Source of the DNA: Candidatus Poribacteria bacterium
GTDB lineage: Bacteria; Poribacteria; WGA-4E; WGA-3G
Length of the DNA: 64,000 nt
Assembly (NCBI GenBank): GCA_965215265.1
Contig: OZ244048.1
Span: forward strand, 3,968,001-4,032,000
Direction: 5' to 3'
How positions within the stretch are numbered: position 1 is the stretch's first letter; each line of letters begins with the position of its first letter. Below the pieces are notes generated by a model. The model saw only the letters and a program-made list of their open reading frames with translations, was not told the DNA's origin and did no database searches. The translations under genes and the position numbers were made by a program. Positions 30,820 through 41,213 of the stretch are shown in pieces.

Positions 30820-32511
30820 TCATTTGGCTCTAAAGGGAAGGATTTGTTGTCCTTCTACTGCGATAAACCGTTGGTTGACTGACAATTTGGTAGCCGTATC
30901 AATTTTTCCACTGGGCCATCGAATTTCCACCAGGTCGACTGTGTGTGCATTTTTGAGTCCAAAATGGGCCCGCAAGTCACTAAAGGCAAGATAACTCCCG
31001 CTGCTTTGTATTTCTGCATACTGTGTGAGTTCGCCTGCGACGAGTTTGATACGTGCCCCAATTGCGGAGCGGTTACTCTGGGTTCCGACTGCCAGTATTT
31101 GTATCCAATTGTTGTTATTGCCGCCCTCGTTTCTGAGCAGGTCGGCGGTTTGATTCCAATTGGTTACAAGGATATCAATGTCCCCGTCGTTATCATAGTC
31201 GCCGAAAGCGGCGGCACGACTCACTTTTCGCAGTGCGAACCCTGAGCCCATCAGTTCGGTAACATTTGCAAATTGGCCGTTTCCTAAATTTCTGAAGAGT
31301 AGATTTTGCTGTGGTGCGGTTGTAGCGCTATCTACTTCAGCGATGTTATCCATCGTATGGCCATTTGCGACAAAGATATCTTTGTGTCCGTCGTTATCGT
31401 AGTCGAAAAAGCCGATGCCCCATCCAAGGTAGCGGTGTGTATGTTCTGCGATACCCGTAAGAACTGTAGTATCGATAAAAAAATTGTCGCCTTCATTGCG
31501 ATAAACGGTATTGGTTTCATTCTGAAAATTGCTGACTGTTGCGTCTATCCGTCCATCGTTGTCATAGTCTGCGAATGCCACGCCCATACCGGCTTCTGCT
31601 TTTCCGGTGTCGCTACAACTGACTCCCGCGAGGAGTCCGACTTCTTCGAAAGTGCCATCGCCTCGGTTTTGAAAAAGATAGTTGAAGTCCTGGTCATTGA
31701 CAACGTAAACATCGGCATCGCCATCGTTGTCAATGTCTCCAATAGCGACTCCAAGTGCGTGTGATGGGGGTATGTTTGCAAAAGTGCTTTGTAGAATAAA
31801 GGTGCCGTCCCCGTTGTTATGATAAAGGCTATCAGCTTGTGGTGGATAAGTGCGCGGCCCACAGTAAACCGACACTCCGTGTCGATAGCAAGGCGTATCT
31901 GTTTCAGGGGTGTAATTGGCATAATTGCTAACGTAGAGTTCAAGAAACCCATCGTTGTCCATATCGGCGAAAGCGCAGCTGGTGCCCCAGTTGTGTTCGT
32001 CGACGTTTGCTGTTTGTGCGACATCGGTGAAGGTTGCATCCCCGTTGTTGCGGTAAAGCGCATTCGTGCCAAAATTAGTTAGGTAGACATCTATGTCGCC
32101 GTCATTATCATAATCGCCAACGGTGGCACCGACTCCGTAGCGGCTGTCGCCAACACCCGCGGAATGCGTGATATCTGTAAAAGTCCCGTTGCGGTTATTG
32201 CGATAGAGAAGGTTAGTGGGGATTGGGTTGTTCATCGGCTTAAGTTGTGGACAGGCGTTAATGAGGTAGATGTCTAGATATCCATCATTATCGTAATCAA
32301 AGAAGCCGCCGCCTGAACCGTACTGTTCGTTAAAGAGGCGTTTGCCGCTATTGCCGTCGGTGTGCTTGAAGGTGATGCCAGATTCATCAGCTACCTCCAC
32401 AAAGATGACTGAGTCTTCTGCAAAAGCGGTATGTGTGCCAAGCAACAATATGATGCTAAGCAGGAGTTGTGTATGAAATTTTGGTACTCCAAAAAACAGA
32501 TATATCATCAC
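30820..32511 (-). CDS. CRTAC1/ASPIC-UnbV family FG-GAP repeat protein
   Basis: Repeated DYDNDGxxD motifs; C-terminal SNRSAIGARI...HFGL...EIRWPSG. Confidence 0.92.
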   Translation of the reverse strand: MMIYLFFGVPKFHTQLLLSIILLLGTHTAFAEDSVIFVEVADESGITFKHTDGNSGKRLFNEQYGSGGGFFDYDNDGYLDIYLINACPQLKPMNNPIPTNLLYRNNRNGTFTDITHSAGVGDSRYGVGATVGDYDNDGDIDVYLTNFGTNALYRNNGDATFTDVAQTANVDEHNWGTSCAFADMDNDGFLELYVSNYANYTPETDTPCYRHGVSVYCGPRTYPPQADSLYHNNGDGTFILQSTFANIPPSHALGVAIGDIDNDGDADVYVVNDQDFNYLFQNRGDGTFEEVGLLAGVSCSDTGKAEAGMGVAFADYDNDGRIDATVSNFQNETNTVYRNEGDNFFIDTTVLTGIAEHTHRYLGWGIGFFDYDNDGHKDIFVANGHTMDNIAEVDSATTAPQQNLLFRNLGNGQFANVTELMGSGFALRKVSRAAAFGDYDNDGDIDILVTNWNQTADLLRNEGGNNNNWIQILAVGTQSNRSAIGARIKLVAGELTQYAEIQSSGSYLAFSDLRAHFGLKNAHTVDLVEIRWPSGKIDTATKLSVNQRFIAVEGQQILPFRAK

Positions 32512-34112
32512 TGTTTTTCCGTTTCCTCTTGTGCGTGTTGAATTTCTTTCAAACGTGCTTGGTAGTCTGGATTGTTAGGCCTTAGGGTTATAGCGCGTAA
32601 GATGGCTTGTTCCGCTTTAGCGTATGCGCCCTGCCGGTAATAGGCGTAAGCAAGTGTATCTAAGTGTGAGGCATTGATGTCCAATTCTACGGCCCGTTCT
32701 GCCAAAGCGATAGCCCTGGGCAGTTCTTCTCCACGCGTTGCGTAAAGCCATGCTAGATTGTTATACGCGTCTGCCGAGTTCTCATCTGCTGCAATTGCAC
32801 GTTCAAAAGCAGAGATTGCTGTGTCAAATTGCTCTAATTTGAGGTGAAGTACGCCGAGCCGCAGCCATGCTTGTGCGTCAGCTGGCCGGTATGCAGTCAA
32901 CTGACGATAAATTTTAATAGCCCGGTCAGGTTTTTCTTGCTGCACGTAAACCTCCGCGAGTCCATAGTAGGCGTGAGTTAAGGTGTTATTGTTCTGGATG
33001 GCGGCTTGTAAGTAGGCTGTTGCTTCGGTAAATTTGCGTTGCCGTGCGTGGAGCCAGCCAAGGTGAAGGTACGCCTCGGCATCGGTATTATCAAACTGGA
33101 TAACCGACTGAAAAGCCGAAATTGCTTCCGAGAGTTGTCCGTTTTGCATGTAGAGCCCGCCGAGGTTGTGATAAAGTTCGGGAGTATTGGGATGCAGTGC
33201 TGTTGCGGTTTGATATGCGCGAATTGCTGCGTCCCGGTTTCCGATTTCCAAGTGTGCTTCTGCTAATTTGATTCGGGGTCCTAGGGCAGTTGGCTGTTCT
33301 TGCAAGAGTCTCAGATAGCGGTTTGTGTATTGCTGATAGGCTCTCATCCGCTGAAAATTTGCCATCAAGCTTTTTGCTTTCTCAACTTGTTTTAACCGTC
33401 GATAGGCAAGAGCGAGATTATAATGGGTTTCGGCAGTGTATGGTGCGAGTTCAATCGCTCTTTGGTAATACTGTACTGCCGCTTTGAGGCAATTCTGCAT
33501 GAAGGCGATTCTCCCGAGTCCGTAATAGCCTTGAGCCAGGTTCGCGTCAAGTTTGAGTGCTTGTAGATATGATTGCTGTGCCTTGCTCAGTTGCCCGCTT
33601 TGGAGGTATGTATCGCCTAAGCGATAAAAGGGTTCAGCGGTTTCTGGGAGAAGCGTTCCGGCGTGTTGGGCGTGTTTTTCGGCATCGGCGAACCGTCCTT
33701 GCGCGTGGTAAATTCTCGCTAAACAGAGATGTGCAACGCCGTGTGTTTCTGGTGATGCCTTCAACTCCAACGCTTGTATATATGCGTTAAGCGCATCGTC
33801 TGTTTTGTCTTGTAGCCGGTACACCGCTCCGAGTTCACAGTAGGCTTCGGGGTATTTCGGGTTCAATTGCAAAACGCCCTGAAATGCACTGACAGCTTCG
33901 TTGTAAAGTCCTAACTTTCTTGCCTGTATTCCTTTTGCATAGAGTTCAGAGATTTGTGCATGTGATTGTCCGGTTAAAAGTGCGCAGTAGATAATGAGAA
34001 CGCAACTAACACACCAATGAATTTTCCGCATCCATAATTTGGGAAAGGGCTCGCGCTGATGGCATATATTTACTTGTGTGTGCGGGATGCCAATTTTCCA
34101 CGTGTCTCTCAT
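32508..34112 (-). CDS. Secreted tetratricopeptide repeat protein
   Basis: Many TPRs (AYCELG, HYNLA, AYNNLAWLY, LDTLAYAYY); overlaps the CRTAC1 start by 4 bp. Confidence 0.9.
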   Translation of the reverse strand: MRDTWKIGIPHTQVNICHQREPFPKLWMRKIHWCVSCVLIIYCALLTGQSHAQISELYAKGIQARKLGLYNEAVSAFQGVLQLNPKYPEAYCELGAVYRLQDKTDDALNAYIQALELKASPETHGVAHLCLARIYHAQGRFADAEKHAQHAGTLLPETAEPFYRLGDTYLQSGQLSKAQQSYLQALKLDANLAQGYYGLGRIAFMQNCLKAAVQYYQRAIELAPYTAETHYNLALAYRRLKQVEKAKSLMANFQRMRAYQQYTNRYLRLLQEQPTALGPRIKLAEAHLEIGNRDAAIRAYQTATALHPNTPELYHNLGGLYMQNGQLSEAISAFQSVIQFDNTDAEAYLHLGWLHARQRKFTEATAYLQAAIQNNNTLTHAYYGLAEVYVQQEKPDRAIKIYRQLTAYRPADAQAWLRLGVLHLKLEQFDTAISAFERAIAADENSADAYNNLAWLYATRGEELPRAIALAERAVELDINASHLDTLAYAYYRQGAYAKAEQAILRAITLRPNNPDYQARLKEIQHAQEETEKQ

Positions 34113-34369
34113 TTCTATTCTACCTTATGATACAGCAGCCAGTTATCCAGGGTTGATGTACAGATTCTCAAGTCCTGTTATGATTGGCAGTAAAGGTGCC
34201 TGTTAAGGGGTGTCATACATATCTATAGATTGGCAGGTAAAAGGTAACACTAGCGTTGGGAATTCATCCCCGCTTGCGGGGAGAACTTCCCCACCTGAAG
34301 GGCACGCATAGACTACCTATCCTGCCAATTTCAGCGAATTCTCAAAAGCGGCTTGAGCCTGCGCACTGC

Positions 34370-35539
34370 TTAAAGTCCATTGTGATAGACGAGTCTGTGG
34401 TTAAGAATCGTTGCAAGGAGTTCGATTTTGCCTGCATCCCATCGAAAGAGAATTAAATTTGCAGAATCAACCGTTTTTAAGGGCATGTCTTCATTCATAC
34501 AGTCTATTTGTTCTTCCATCCGCAATAGACGCGCTGGATGTATCGTTGCAAGTGCCACGGCTCCAGCAAGTGACATTCCTGTAAATTGCACACTGTTTTC
34601 TATGCCGCGTGTGAGTTCGATTGCAGAACCGGCGAGATACTCGGTGCCAACTAAACGGACAGCCCGTTCTTCAGTCAATTCGACGTTTTTTCCAGCAAAT
34701 TGATAAATGCCGGGGTCCATTCTCGCTAAAGCCACGGCATCGCTAATGAGGATGCATCGCGAGTGCGTTTTCGCGCGGAGCATAGATTTAACGACGGCAG
34801 GTGGCAAATGGTGTCCGTCAACAATGAGGCTTGCGTAGAGTTCATCAGCGGCGAGCTGTTCCCAGATATAGTTCGGGTGTCGCCGGATTTGGGCGTGTGC
34901 TCCGTTTCCGAGGTGCGTAGAGAGCGCTGCGCCTGCACGAATCGCCTCGCGGATGTCGGTTCCTGTGGCGTTTGTATGCCCTAAGGCTACTACAATTCCG
35001 TTATCAACCAGTTTTTCAATAAACGGGATTGCCCCTTCTCGCTCCGGTGCAAGGGTTACGATACAGATTTTTCCTTCGGCGATATCTTGCCACTGCTGAA
35101 ATTCGTCCCACTTCGGATTTCTAACATGGGCTAACGGATGCGCACCGCGAGGACCATCCTCCCCTGAGATGTAAGGCCCTTCGAGATGGATACCGAGGAC
35201 TGAGTAAGCAACCCTTGCATCTGCTTTGCACGCCTCCACAATCGCTTGCATGGAATCGCAAATTTGTTCAAACGACGCTGTCACCACTGTCGGACAGAAG
35301 AAACCGGTACCGACTTTCCAGAGGGCGCGAACCATTGCCTGTACATCTGATGGAACAACGGATGCAACATTGATGTCAAATCCGGCGAAACCGTTGACCT
35401 GGATATCTATTAACGCAGGGGCAATCCACATGTCTGGCGGAGCAGATGCGACCTTGCGAATGGAATGAACATGTTCGCCAATGAGCGCAATTTCAATTGG
35501 AGTATTATTGAAAATAGAGTGTCCACGGAATTTCATCAC
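34370..35539 (-). CDS. nagA: N-acetylglucosamine-6-phosphate deacetylase
   Basis: DIQVNG, HLEGPY, RGAH, VTLAPE, GHT, THLGN, DGHH, LAGS. Confidence 0.88.
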   Translation of the reverse strand: MMKFRGHSIFNNTPIEIALIGEHVHSIRKVASAPPDMWIAPALIDIQVNGFAGFDINVASVVPSDVQAMVRALWKVGTGFFCPTVVTASFEQICDSMQAIVEACKADARVAYSVLGIHLEGPYISGEDGPRGAHPLAHVRNPKWDEFQQWQDIAEGKICIVTLAPEREGAIPFIEKLVDNGIVVALGHTNATGTDIREAIRAGAALSTHLGNGAHAQIRRHPNYIWEQLAADELYASLIVDGHHLPPAVVKSMLRAKTHSRCILISDAVALARMDPGIYQFAGKNVELTEERAVRLVGTEYLAGSAIELTRGIENSVQFTGMSLAGAVALATIHPARLLRMEEQIDCMNEDMPLKTVDSANLILFRWDAGKIELLATILNHRLVYHNGL

Positions 35540-35664
35540 GACGTATCCACGACAAATAATTTTGCATTATATTTTATGATACTTGAAAACTGAATTTATT
35601 ACCAAGTAAAAATAGTTGCGTTTTTCTTGAAATTGCATTAATATAGAGGCAACTTCAAATTCGG

Positions 35665-36453
35665 ATGGTGAAGACTATGGAATATCTCGCATACGGAAAC
35701 ACAAGTTTGGAAATTTCGCGTCTCTGCTTCGGGGCAGGGCATCTTAACAATACCTGCGCCAGTTATGAATCAGGCGGCAAGTTGATGCTGAAAGCACTTG
35801 AGGAAGGGATTACTTTCTGGGACACCGCAGAAGGCTACGGGACGCAACCGCATCTTGGCGAGGCGATTCGTCAGATTCAGCGGGAAGCAGTTATCATCCA
35901 AACGAAGACAGGGGCGAAAGACTATGCTGGTGCGACTGCAAGCATTACGCGCTCACTTCGTGAACTTAAAACCGAGTATCTTGATGTACTGCTGTTACAC
36001 GGCATCTCTACGCCGGAAGACTTGGCATCACGAGAGGGCGCGCTGGACGCGTTTCGAGACGCAAAGGCCGCCGGCAAAGTTCGCGTCATCGGATGTTCCA
36101 CGCACATCTATACCGGACCCGTCATGGATGTTGTCATCGATGAGCCGGAAATTGAGGTGATTCTCACAACTGCTAACAAAGAAGGCAGGATGTTAGAGGG
36201 CGGTCCCTTTGACCGGCACTTGGAATATATCCAGCGGGCTTATGACGCAGGGAAAGGCATCAGCATTATGAAGGTCATTGTAGCTGGGGATATTCCTGAG
36301 GCGGATATGCCCGAATGGATTGAGTGGGGTTTCAACCTTGAGACAGCACACGCGATTAACCTTGGGATAACTGATTACCCGCAGATTACGCTTGATGTCG
36401 GACTCGCGCGTGCAAGTGCAAGAAAACGTTTGACACGATACCGAGCAGCCTAA
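35665..36453 (+). CDS. Aldo/keto reductase
   Basis: SRLCFG, WDTAEGYG, SLRELKTEYLDVLLLH, GKVRVIG. Confidence 0.88.
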   Translation: MVKTMEYLAYGNTSLEISRLCFGAGHLNNTCASYESGGKLMLKALEEGITFWDTAEGYGTQPHLGEAIRQIQREAVIIQTKTGAKDYAGATASITRSLRELKTEYLDVLLLHGISTPEDLASREGALDAFRDAKAAGKVRVIGCSTHIYTGPVMDVVIDEPEIEVILTTANKEGRMLEGGPFDRHLEYIQRAYDAGKGISIMKVIVAGDIPEADMPEWIEWGFNLETAHAINLGITDYPQITLDVGLARASARKRLTRYRAA

Positions 36454-36458
36454 TTGAT

Positions 36459-36489
36459 AGAAGTGGGTGTTCCACTGCCCACTTCTTTG
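36459..36489 (+). terminator. Probable intrinsic terminator
   Basis: AGAAGTGGG...CCCACTTCT stem followed by Ts, just after the AKR stop. Confidence 0.5.
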
Positions 36490-36562
36490 CGCTTGAAAGG
36501 GGTTTGTTAGGCATCGCCGCCTACTCTATTTACCAATTAATTAATTGACAAGGAGAGTTCGG

Positions 36563-37642
36563 ATGTCAGCACCGAAAACGATGCGTGCGGTTATGTGTAG
36601 AGAACCGGGGGATTACCGGCTAGAAGAAGCCGCGATGCCGCACGCGGGTCCCGGTGAAGTGGTGATTAAAGTGAACGCCTGCGGCATCTGTGCCAGTGAC
36701 ATCAAGTGTTATAACGGCGCACCGCTTTTCTGGGGAGATGAACACCGACAACCGTACGTGGAGGCACCAGTTATCGCCGGACACGAATTTATCGGGGAGG
36801 TCGTTCAATTAGGTGAAGGCGCAGCTGAAAAATACGGACTCCAACTTGGAGATAGAGCCATCGCAGAGCAGATAGTTCCATGTTGGGAGTGTCGCTACTG
36901 CCGGACAGGAAAGTATTGGCTTTGCCAAGTTCATAACATCTACGGATTTCAGCCGGTTGTCAACGGTGGGATGGCAGACTATATGAAATTCCCCGCACGT
37001 TCGCTGGTTTACAAGGTGCCGTCTGACATGCCGATAGCGAATGCGGCGGTGATCGAACCCCTCGCTTGCTCTATTCATGCCGTCCAGCGCGGCAACATTG
37101 AGTTTGGCGACGTTGTCGTTGTGGCAGGGGCAGGCACCCTCGGGCTCGGGATGATAGCCACAGCGACATTGAAAAACCCCAGGCTGCTCATCGCAGTTGA
37201 TTTAATACCGAAGCGGTTAGCAATTGCAGAGAAACTGGGCGCGGATATCACTATCAATCCCGCAGAGACGAACGTTGTCCAAGAAGTGTTAGATTTAACC
37301 GAAGGCTACGGATGTGATGTCTATATTGAAGCAACGGGGCATCCGAAGGCGGTTGAACAAGGACTCCACATGATTCGCAAGGCAGGGACCTTCGTCGAAT
37401 TCAGCGTTATGCGCGAACCTGTAACAGTAGATTGGACTATCATTGGAGACACGAAGGAATTGAACATCCACGGTTCACACTTGGGGCCCTATACATATCC
37501 GCTCGCGATTGACTATATCCACCAAGGCGCGATTGATGTCAGCCTTATCGTTACGCATCAACTACCGCTCGAGGAGTATCTTGAGGCATTTGAGATGGTT
37601 CAGGAGGGAACGGATTCGATTAAAGTGCAGTTGGTACCCTGA
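36563..37642 (+). CDS. Zn-dependent polyol dehydrogenase (erythritol/L-threitol dehydrogenase-like)
   Basis: CGICASD, GHE, CWECRYC..C structural Zn site, GAGTLG. Confidence 0.88.
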   Translation: MSAPKTMRAVMCREPGDYRLEEAAMPHAGPGEVVIKVNACGICASDIKCYNGAPLFWGDEHRQPYVEAPVIAGHEFIGEVVQLGEGAAEKYGLQLGDRAIAEQIVPCWECRYCRTGKYWLCQVHNIYGFQPVVNGGMADYMKFPARSLVYKVPSDMPIANAAVIEPLACSIHAVQRGNIEFGDVVVVAGAGTLGLGMIATATLKNPRLLIAVDLIPKRLAIAEKLGADITINPAETNVVQEVLDLTEGYGCDVYIEATGHPKAVEQGLHMIRKAGTFVEFSVMREPVTVDWTIIGDTKELNIHGSHLGPYTYPLAIDYIHQGAIDVSLIVTHQLPLEEYLEAFEMVQEGTDSIKVQLVP

Positions 37643-37973
37643 GACGTTTAGGTTAAAAGGCAAAACCGCAATCACCGGCTTTGCCTTTAGATTTCAAGAT
37701 CCGAGTTGGATGGTTTCCGAGCTCAGCTAATAGGCACATCTATAATAAACTCATGTGTCTGCAGTGGAGCATCCGTCCGGTGTCTTTTGATGCCTTGTTG
37801 CTTTGTGAGTGCCTGCTCTTCCCACATCGCTCCATCTTTTTTCTTTCCTCACCCCTTGGACAACTGCTGATATTTGTGATACTTTGCGGGATAAAGGCCA
37901 GAGCAGAACTGGATGCAGGCTGAAACCATAATAGATAACGTGATGCTTTGACAATCTAATAGCAGAAGAGCGG

Positions 37974-38012
37974 TTCACCCGCACAGAGTTTTTAACCGTG
38001 CGGGTGAAAAAG
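37974..38012 (-). terminator. Hairpin downstream of the RraA gene
   Basis: TTCACCCGCAC...GTGCGGGTGAA stem between convergent genes. Confidence 0.5.
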
Positions 38013-38016
38013 AGAA

Positions 38017-38751
38017 CTACTCTTCTTCATCTTCAGCGTAAGAATGCCCGCCGAAAATCGCACGCACCTGTTGCGCTGTTTTCGGACCGGACAGCAGCTG
38101 CCCAATCCGGTCACCTTCTTCAGCCAGCAGGCTCTTTACGTTCTTTAACACTGCCTCCAATTTATCCCCCGGAAACTTGCACGCACCGTTTTCATCCATG
38201 TGGATAATTTCACCCGGCGCAATATCCATACCCGCTATCTTGACAGGCACATTAACGGCATGAACCGCCATATCTCCATGCCCAGGTGTGATACCGCTTA
38301 GCAGATACTGAAATTCCATCGGACGAATCTCATCAATATCACGTGAGGGGCCATTTGAGATTGCACCCAAACACCCGACCGATTTCATCGCTGCTGTCAT
38401 ATTACCACCAGCTAACCCCACTTTATCGGCGAACTCCGGCGGAAACTTCTGCTCGAACGCAAAAATTGTCGGTTGCTTGGAAGCATACAACGCATCGATA
38501 ACATCCATGAAAGAGAGACGTGAATAATTCGGGTCGGGGGGACCGTAAACGCATGTGACTGCGTAGCCGGCAACGGCTCCCAATTCCGGATACATACAGC
38601 GAATAGAGATATCCGTATACCAATTTTCTGTCCAAGGATTGTAAAGTCCAAGGCAGAGCGGACTCTTCGGATAGGTAGCAACTACATTTGTGATTGATGG
38701 CGTATCGAATTTCCGCAATTCAGCCAACATTTCCTGTTCTGTTAACGCCAT
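38017..38751 (-). CDS. RraA/HMG aldolase family protein
   Basis: FDTPSITN, GYAVT, GPSRDIDEI, PGEIIHMDENG. Confidence 0.85.
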   Translation of the reverse strand: MALTEQEMLAELRKFDTPSITNVVATYPKSPLCLGLYNPWTENWYTDISIRCMYPELGAVAGYAVTCVYGPPDPNYSRLSFMDVIDALYASKQPTIFAFEQKFPPEFADKVGLAGGNMTAAMKSVGCLGAISNGPSRDIDEIRPMEFQYLLSGITPGHGDMAVHAVNVPVKIAGMDIAPGEIIHMDENGACKFPGDKLEAVLKNVKSLLAEEGDRIGQLLSGPKTAQQVRAIFGGHSYAEDEEE

Positions 38752-38801
38752 AGTTTCCCTCCATTATTTGTAAAGTCAGTAAAATCCTAAACACACTTGT
38801 T

Positions 38802-39680
38802 TTAGACAGGCATTGTTCTATCGGCATAGGCCCGCCCGATGCGTGCGGTCTCTTCACCTGAACCACAGATTCTGATACCCGCATCAATGCCAGTTTCGAT
38901 TGTCTGCGGCGACGCACTCTCTAGGAACGCAATGCTAGCAGCTTGACAGGCGGAAAAGACCCGGTCGCGTGCATCTTGTAATTCTTGCGGCCGCGGGTTA
39001 GGCGCATTTTTATAGCCAAAAGACATACTCATATCACCGGGACCCCATTCGGCGAAAGCGATACCGGGTACCTGAGCGGTTATCTCTACGTTCGCTAAGG
39101 CACGTTTGTTTTCAAACTTAAGCCCTAACAAGAGTTCACCGTCCGGGTTCAACGGCCACGGATCTGCTTTGTCAAGGTATTCGTCTACAGAAACCCCCCA
39201 GATAGGCGCTGCAGAACCTTGGCCAGCAGAACCGCGTCTGCCGACATCCAATTGGGTGCCGACACCAATCGTTTGAAACGGATAACGGCACGCTTCGACG
39301 AACGCCTTGACGGCCTCTGGGGACTCTGCATGGCAGAGTAGAAGTCCGTGTACACCGCGCGCGAGAAGTTGGCGCATCTGCCAGCCGTTGGCACGGATGA
39401 CATCTGCACTGATTCCGTCCACCGGCAATTCCACGATAACAGCCGGTGTCTTGTGCCCACTGTTAGTTGGACCGCCATCGGCGAGCCCCCGCATGAAATT
39501 ATCCAAGCCGGAGAGGTCAAAACAACCGTGCTCCATGCCGACGTTAATATAGTCTGCCCAGGTTTTCGCCAGGGCGCGGCCAGCATCATAATTCAAATTC
39601 GCACCGGTATGGCTACCCGTATAAAAAACTGGCTGATCAGCAGCGAGTAATTCAACCGCTTTATTGATTCGTTTAGGCAT
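38802..39680 (-). CDS. HpcH/HpaI aldolase/citrate lyase family protein
   Basis: MEHG, LARGVHG, EWGPGDMSMS. Confidence 0.82.
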   Translation of the reverse strand: MPKRINKAVELLAADQPVFYTGSHTGANLNYDAGRALAKTWADYINVGMEHGCFDLSGLDNFMRGLADGGPTNSGHKTPAVIVELPVDGISADVIRANGWQMRQLLARGVHGLLLCHAESPEAVKAFVEACRYPFQTIGVGTQLDVGRRGSAGQGSAAPIWGVSVDEYLDKADPWPLNPDGELLLGLKFENKRALANVEITAQVPGIAFAEWGPGDMSMSFGYKNAPNPRPQELQDARDRVFSACQAASIAFLESASPQTIETGIDAGIRICGSGEETARIGRAYADRTMPV

Positions 39681-39793
39681 CACAATTCTCCTATAAACAG
39701 TGCACACTTAATGCGTGCTTTAAAGGACGTAACTGCTCTCTTTCAGTGCAAAGCCGGAGATATAGAAATCCACGTTTGCGTCCGGTCGTTACT

Positions 39794-39822
39794 ATTGTAT
39801 GGCAAATCGTACAATTTGTCAA
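39794..39822 (-). promoter_or_regulatory. Sigma70 promoter for the aldolase genes
   Basis: TTGACA-N17-TACAAT. Confidence 0.6.
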
Positions 39823-40023
39823 TTAGGTCGCATCGGTTCGACCGGTGATTTCGTTTTTTCGAAAAATGAGCCGGCCGTTTGTCGTCGTGCCCACCATCTA
39901 CGCTTGCTATCTCCTGCCCATGTAGGGCGGATGCCTGCTTAGAAAAGTGGGCATCGCGCAGCCATAAAACGGAATGCTCTGGTTTAGCAAATGAAAACCA
40001 ACGGTTTAACCGCGCCCGCTAAC

Positions 40024-40052
40024 TTGACAATTCCGGGACTTTCGCGTAAAAT
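40024..40052 (+). promoter_or_regulatory. Sigma70 promoter for the dehydrogenase genes
   Basis: TTGACA-N17-TAAAAT. Confidence 0.65.
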
Positions 40053-40085
40053 AAAGAAAGATAATTTAGAAGGGAGCATGTCATT

Positions 40086-41033
40086 GTGAGAGCGATTGTC
40101 ACGAAACTATTACCCGATAAACAACGTGAGAAAACCGTTGTAACGGATTGGAAAGAGCCGGACCGACCCGGCGATAAGGAAGTGCTGTGTCAGGCAGTCT
40201 ATACAGGATTAACCAACGGTACCGAACGGAATCAGCTTATTGGCGGAAACTATTCTGCTCCGGACGAACGGCTCCCAGCGGGTGGCGGCTATCAAAACGT
40301 CGGCCGCGTCATTGAAACCGGCCCTGGCGTAACCCAACTTCAGCACGGAGACCTCATTTATGCCAGCAAGGACCACGTCGAGCGTTTCACAATACCAGAG
40401 GATGGATTACTCCTGAAATTGCCTGCGGACATCTCTCCAGCCGAAGCTGCCCTCTTTGGCATATCCGGTGTAGCGATGCACTGTTGCCGCCGCATCGACC
40501 TCAGCATCGGCGAGAAGGTACTCATCATCGGGCAGGGATGCATCGGCATATTTGCCTCCCAAATCGCATACGCCATGGGTGCACGTGTGACTGTCTGCGA
40601 TATCGAAGAATCTCGCCTTGAACAAGCACGCCAACTCGACGTGGCAGAACAGGTTTTCAACACGAGCGGCCACGGATGGCACTCGCATATTGCAAACGAT
40701 ACGTATGATGCCGTCATGGACTTCGCCGGTGTTGCTGACATGGTAACCGCGATGATACACGCCTGTAAGCACGGTGGAAGATTGCTCTTAGTCGCTGGAC
40801 GTTTTGACGTAAACTACACCTTTAACGTCGGGCAGCACAAAGAAATCAGTATCCTGCAATGTAGCCACTTTACGCGCGATGATTTGGAGAACATCTGCCG
40901 GCTCCTTCAAAAAGGTACCTTTAAAATTGCACCACTCATCTGGCACCAGCTGCCCGTTGACGAGGCACCACAGATATATAAATGGCTCCGCGATGAACCG
41001 ATGCGCCTGTTAGGCACGGTGTTTCAGTGGTAA
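40086..41033 (+). CDS. MDR family dehydrogenase
   Basis: GTE, GYQNVG, IIGQGCIG Rossmann motif. Confidence 0.85.
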   Translation: MRAIVTKLLPDKQREKTVVTDWKEPDRPGDKEVLCQAVYTGLTNGTERNQLIGGNYSAPDERLPAGGGYQNVGRVIETGPGVTQLQHGDLIYASKDHVERFTIPEDGLLLKLPADISPAEAALFGISGVAMHCCRRIDLSIGEKVLIIGQGCIGIFASQIAYAMGARVTVCDIEESRLEQARQLDVAEQVFNTSGHGWHSHIANDTYDAVMDFAGVADMVTAMIHACKHGGRLLLVAGRFDVNYTFNVGQHKEISILQCSHFTRDDLENICRLLQKGTFKIAPLIWHQLPVDEAPQIYKWLRDEPMRLLGTVFQW

Positions 41034-41213
41034 TACCACTTTTTTCTTTACCGACTGCTTGCGGGGCAGAAGACAAGTTTGTCGTAAAGCGATTTATCAT
41101 AGCAATTTTCTGTTCGTCATAACCAAATGTTTACTTATGAGTCAGTGGCAGCTGATAAGGACGGTAAGGGGCCTCCTACCTTATTGCTACCATCTAAAAA
41201 AATAGGAGAGATT

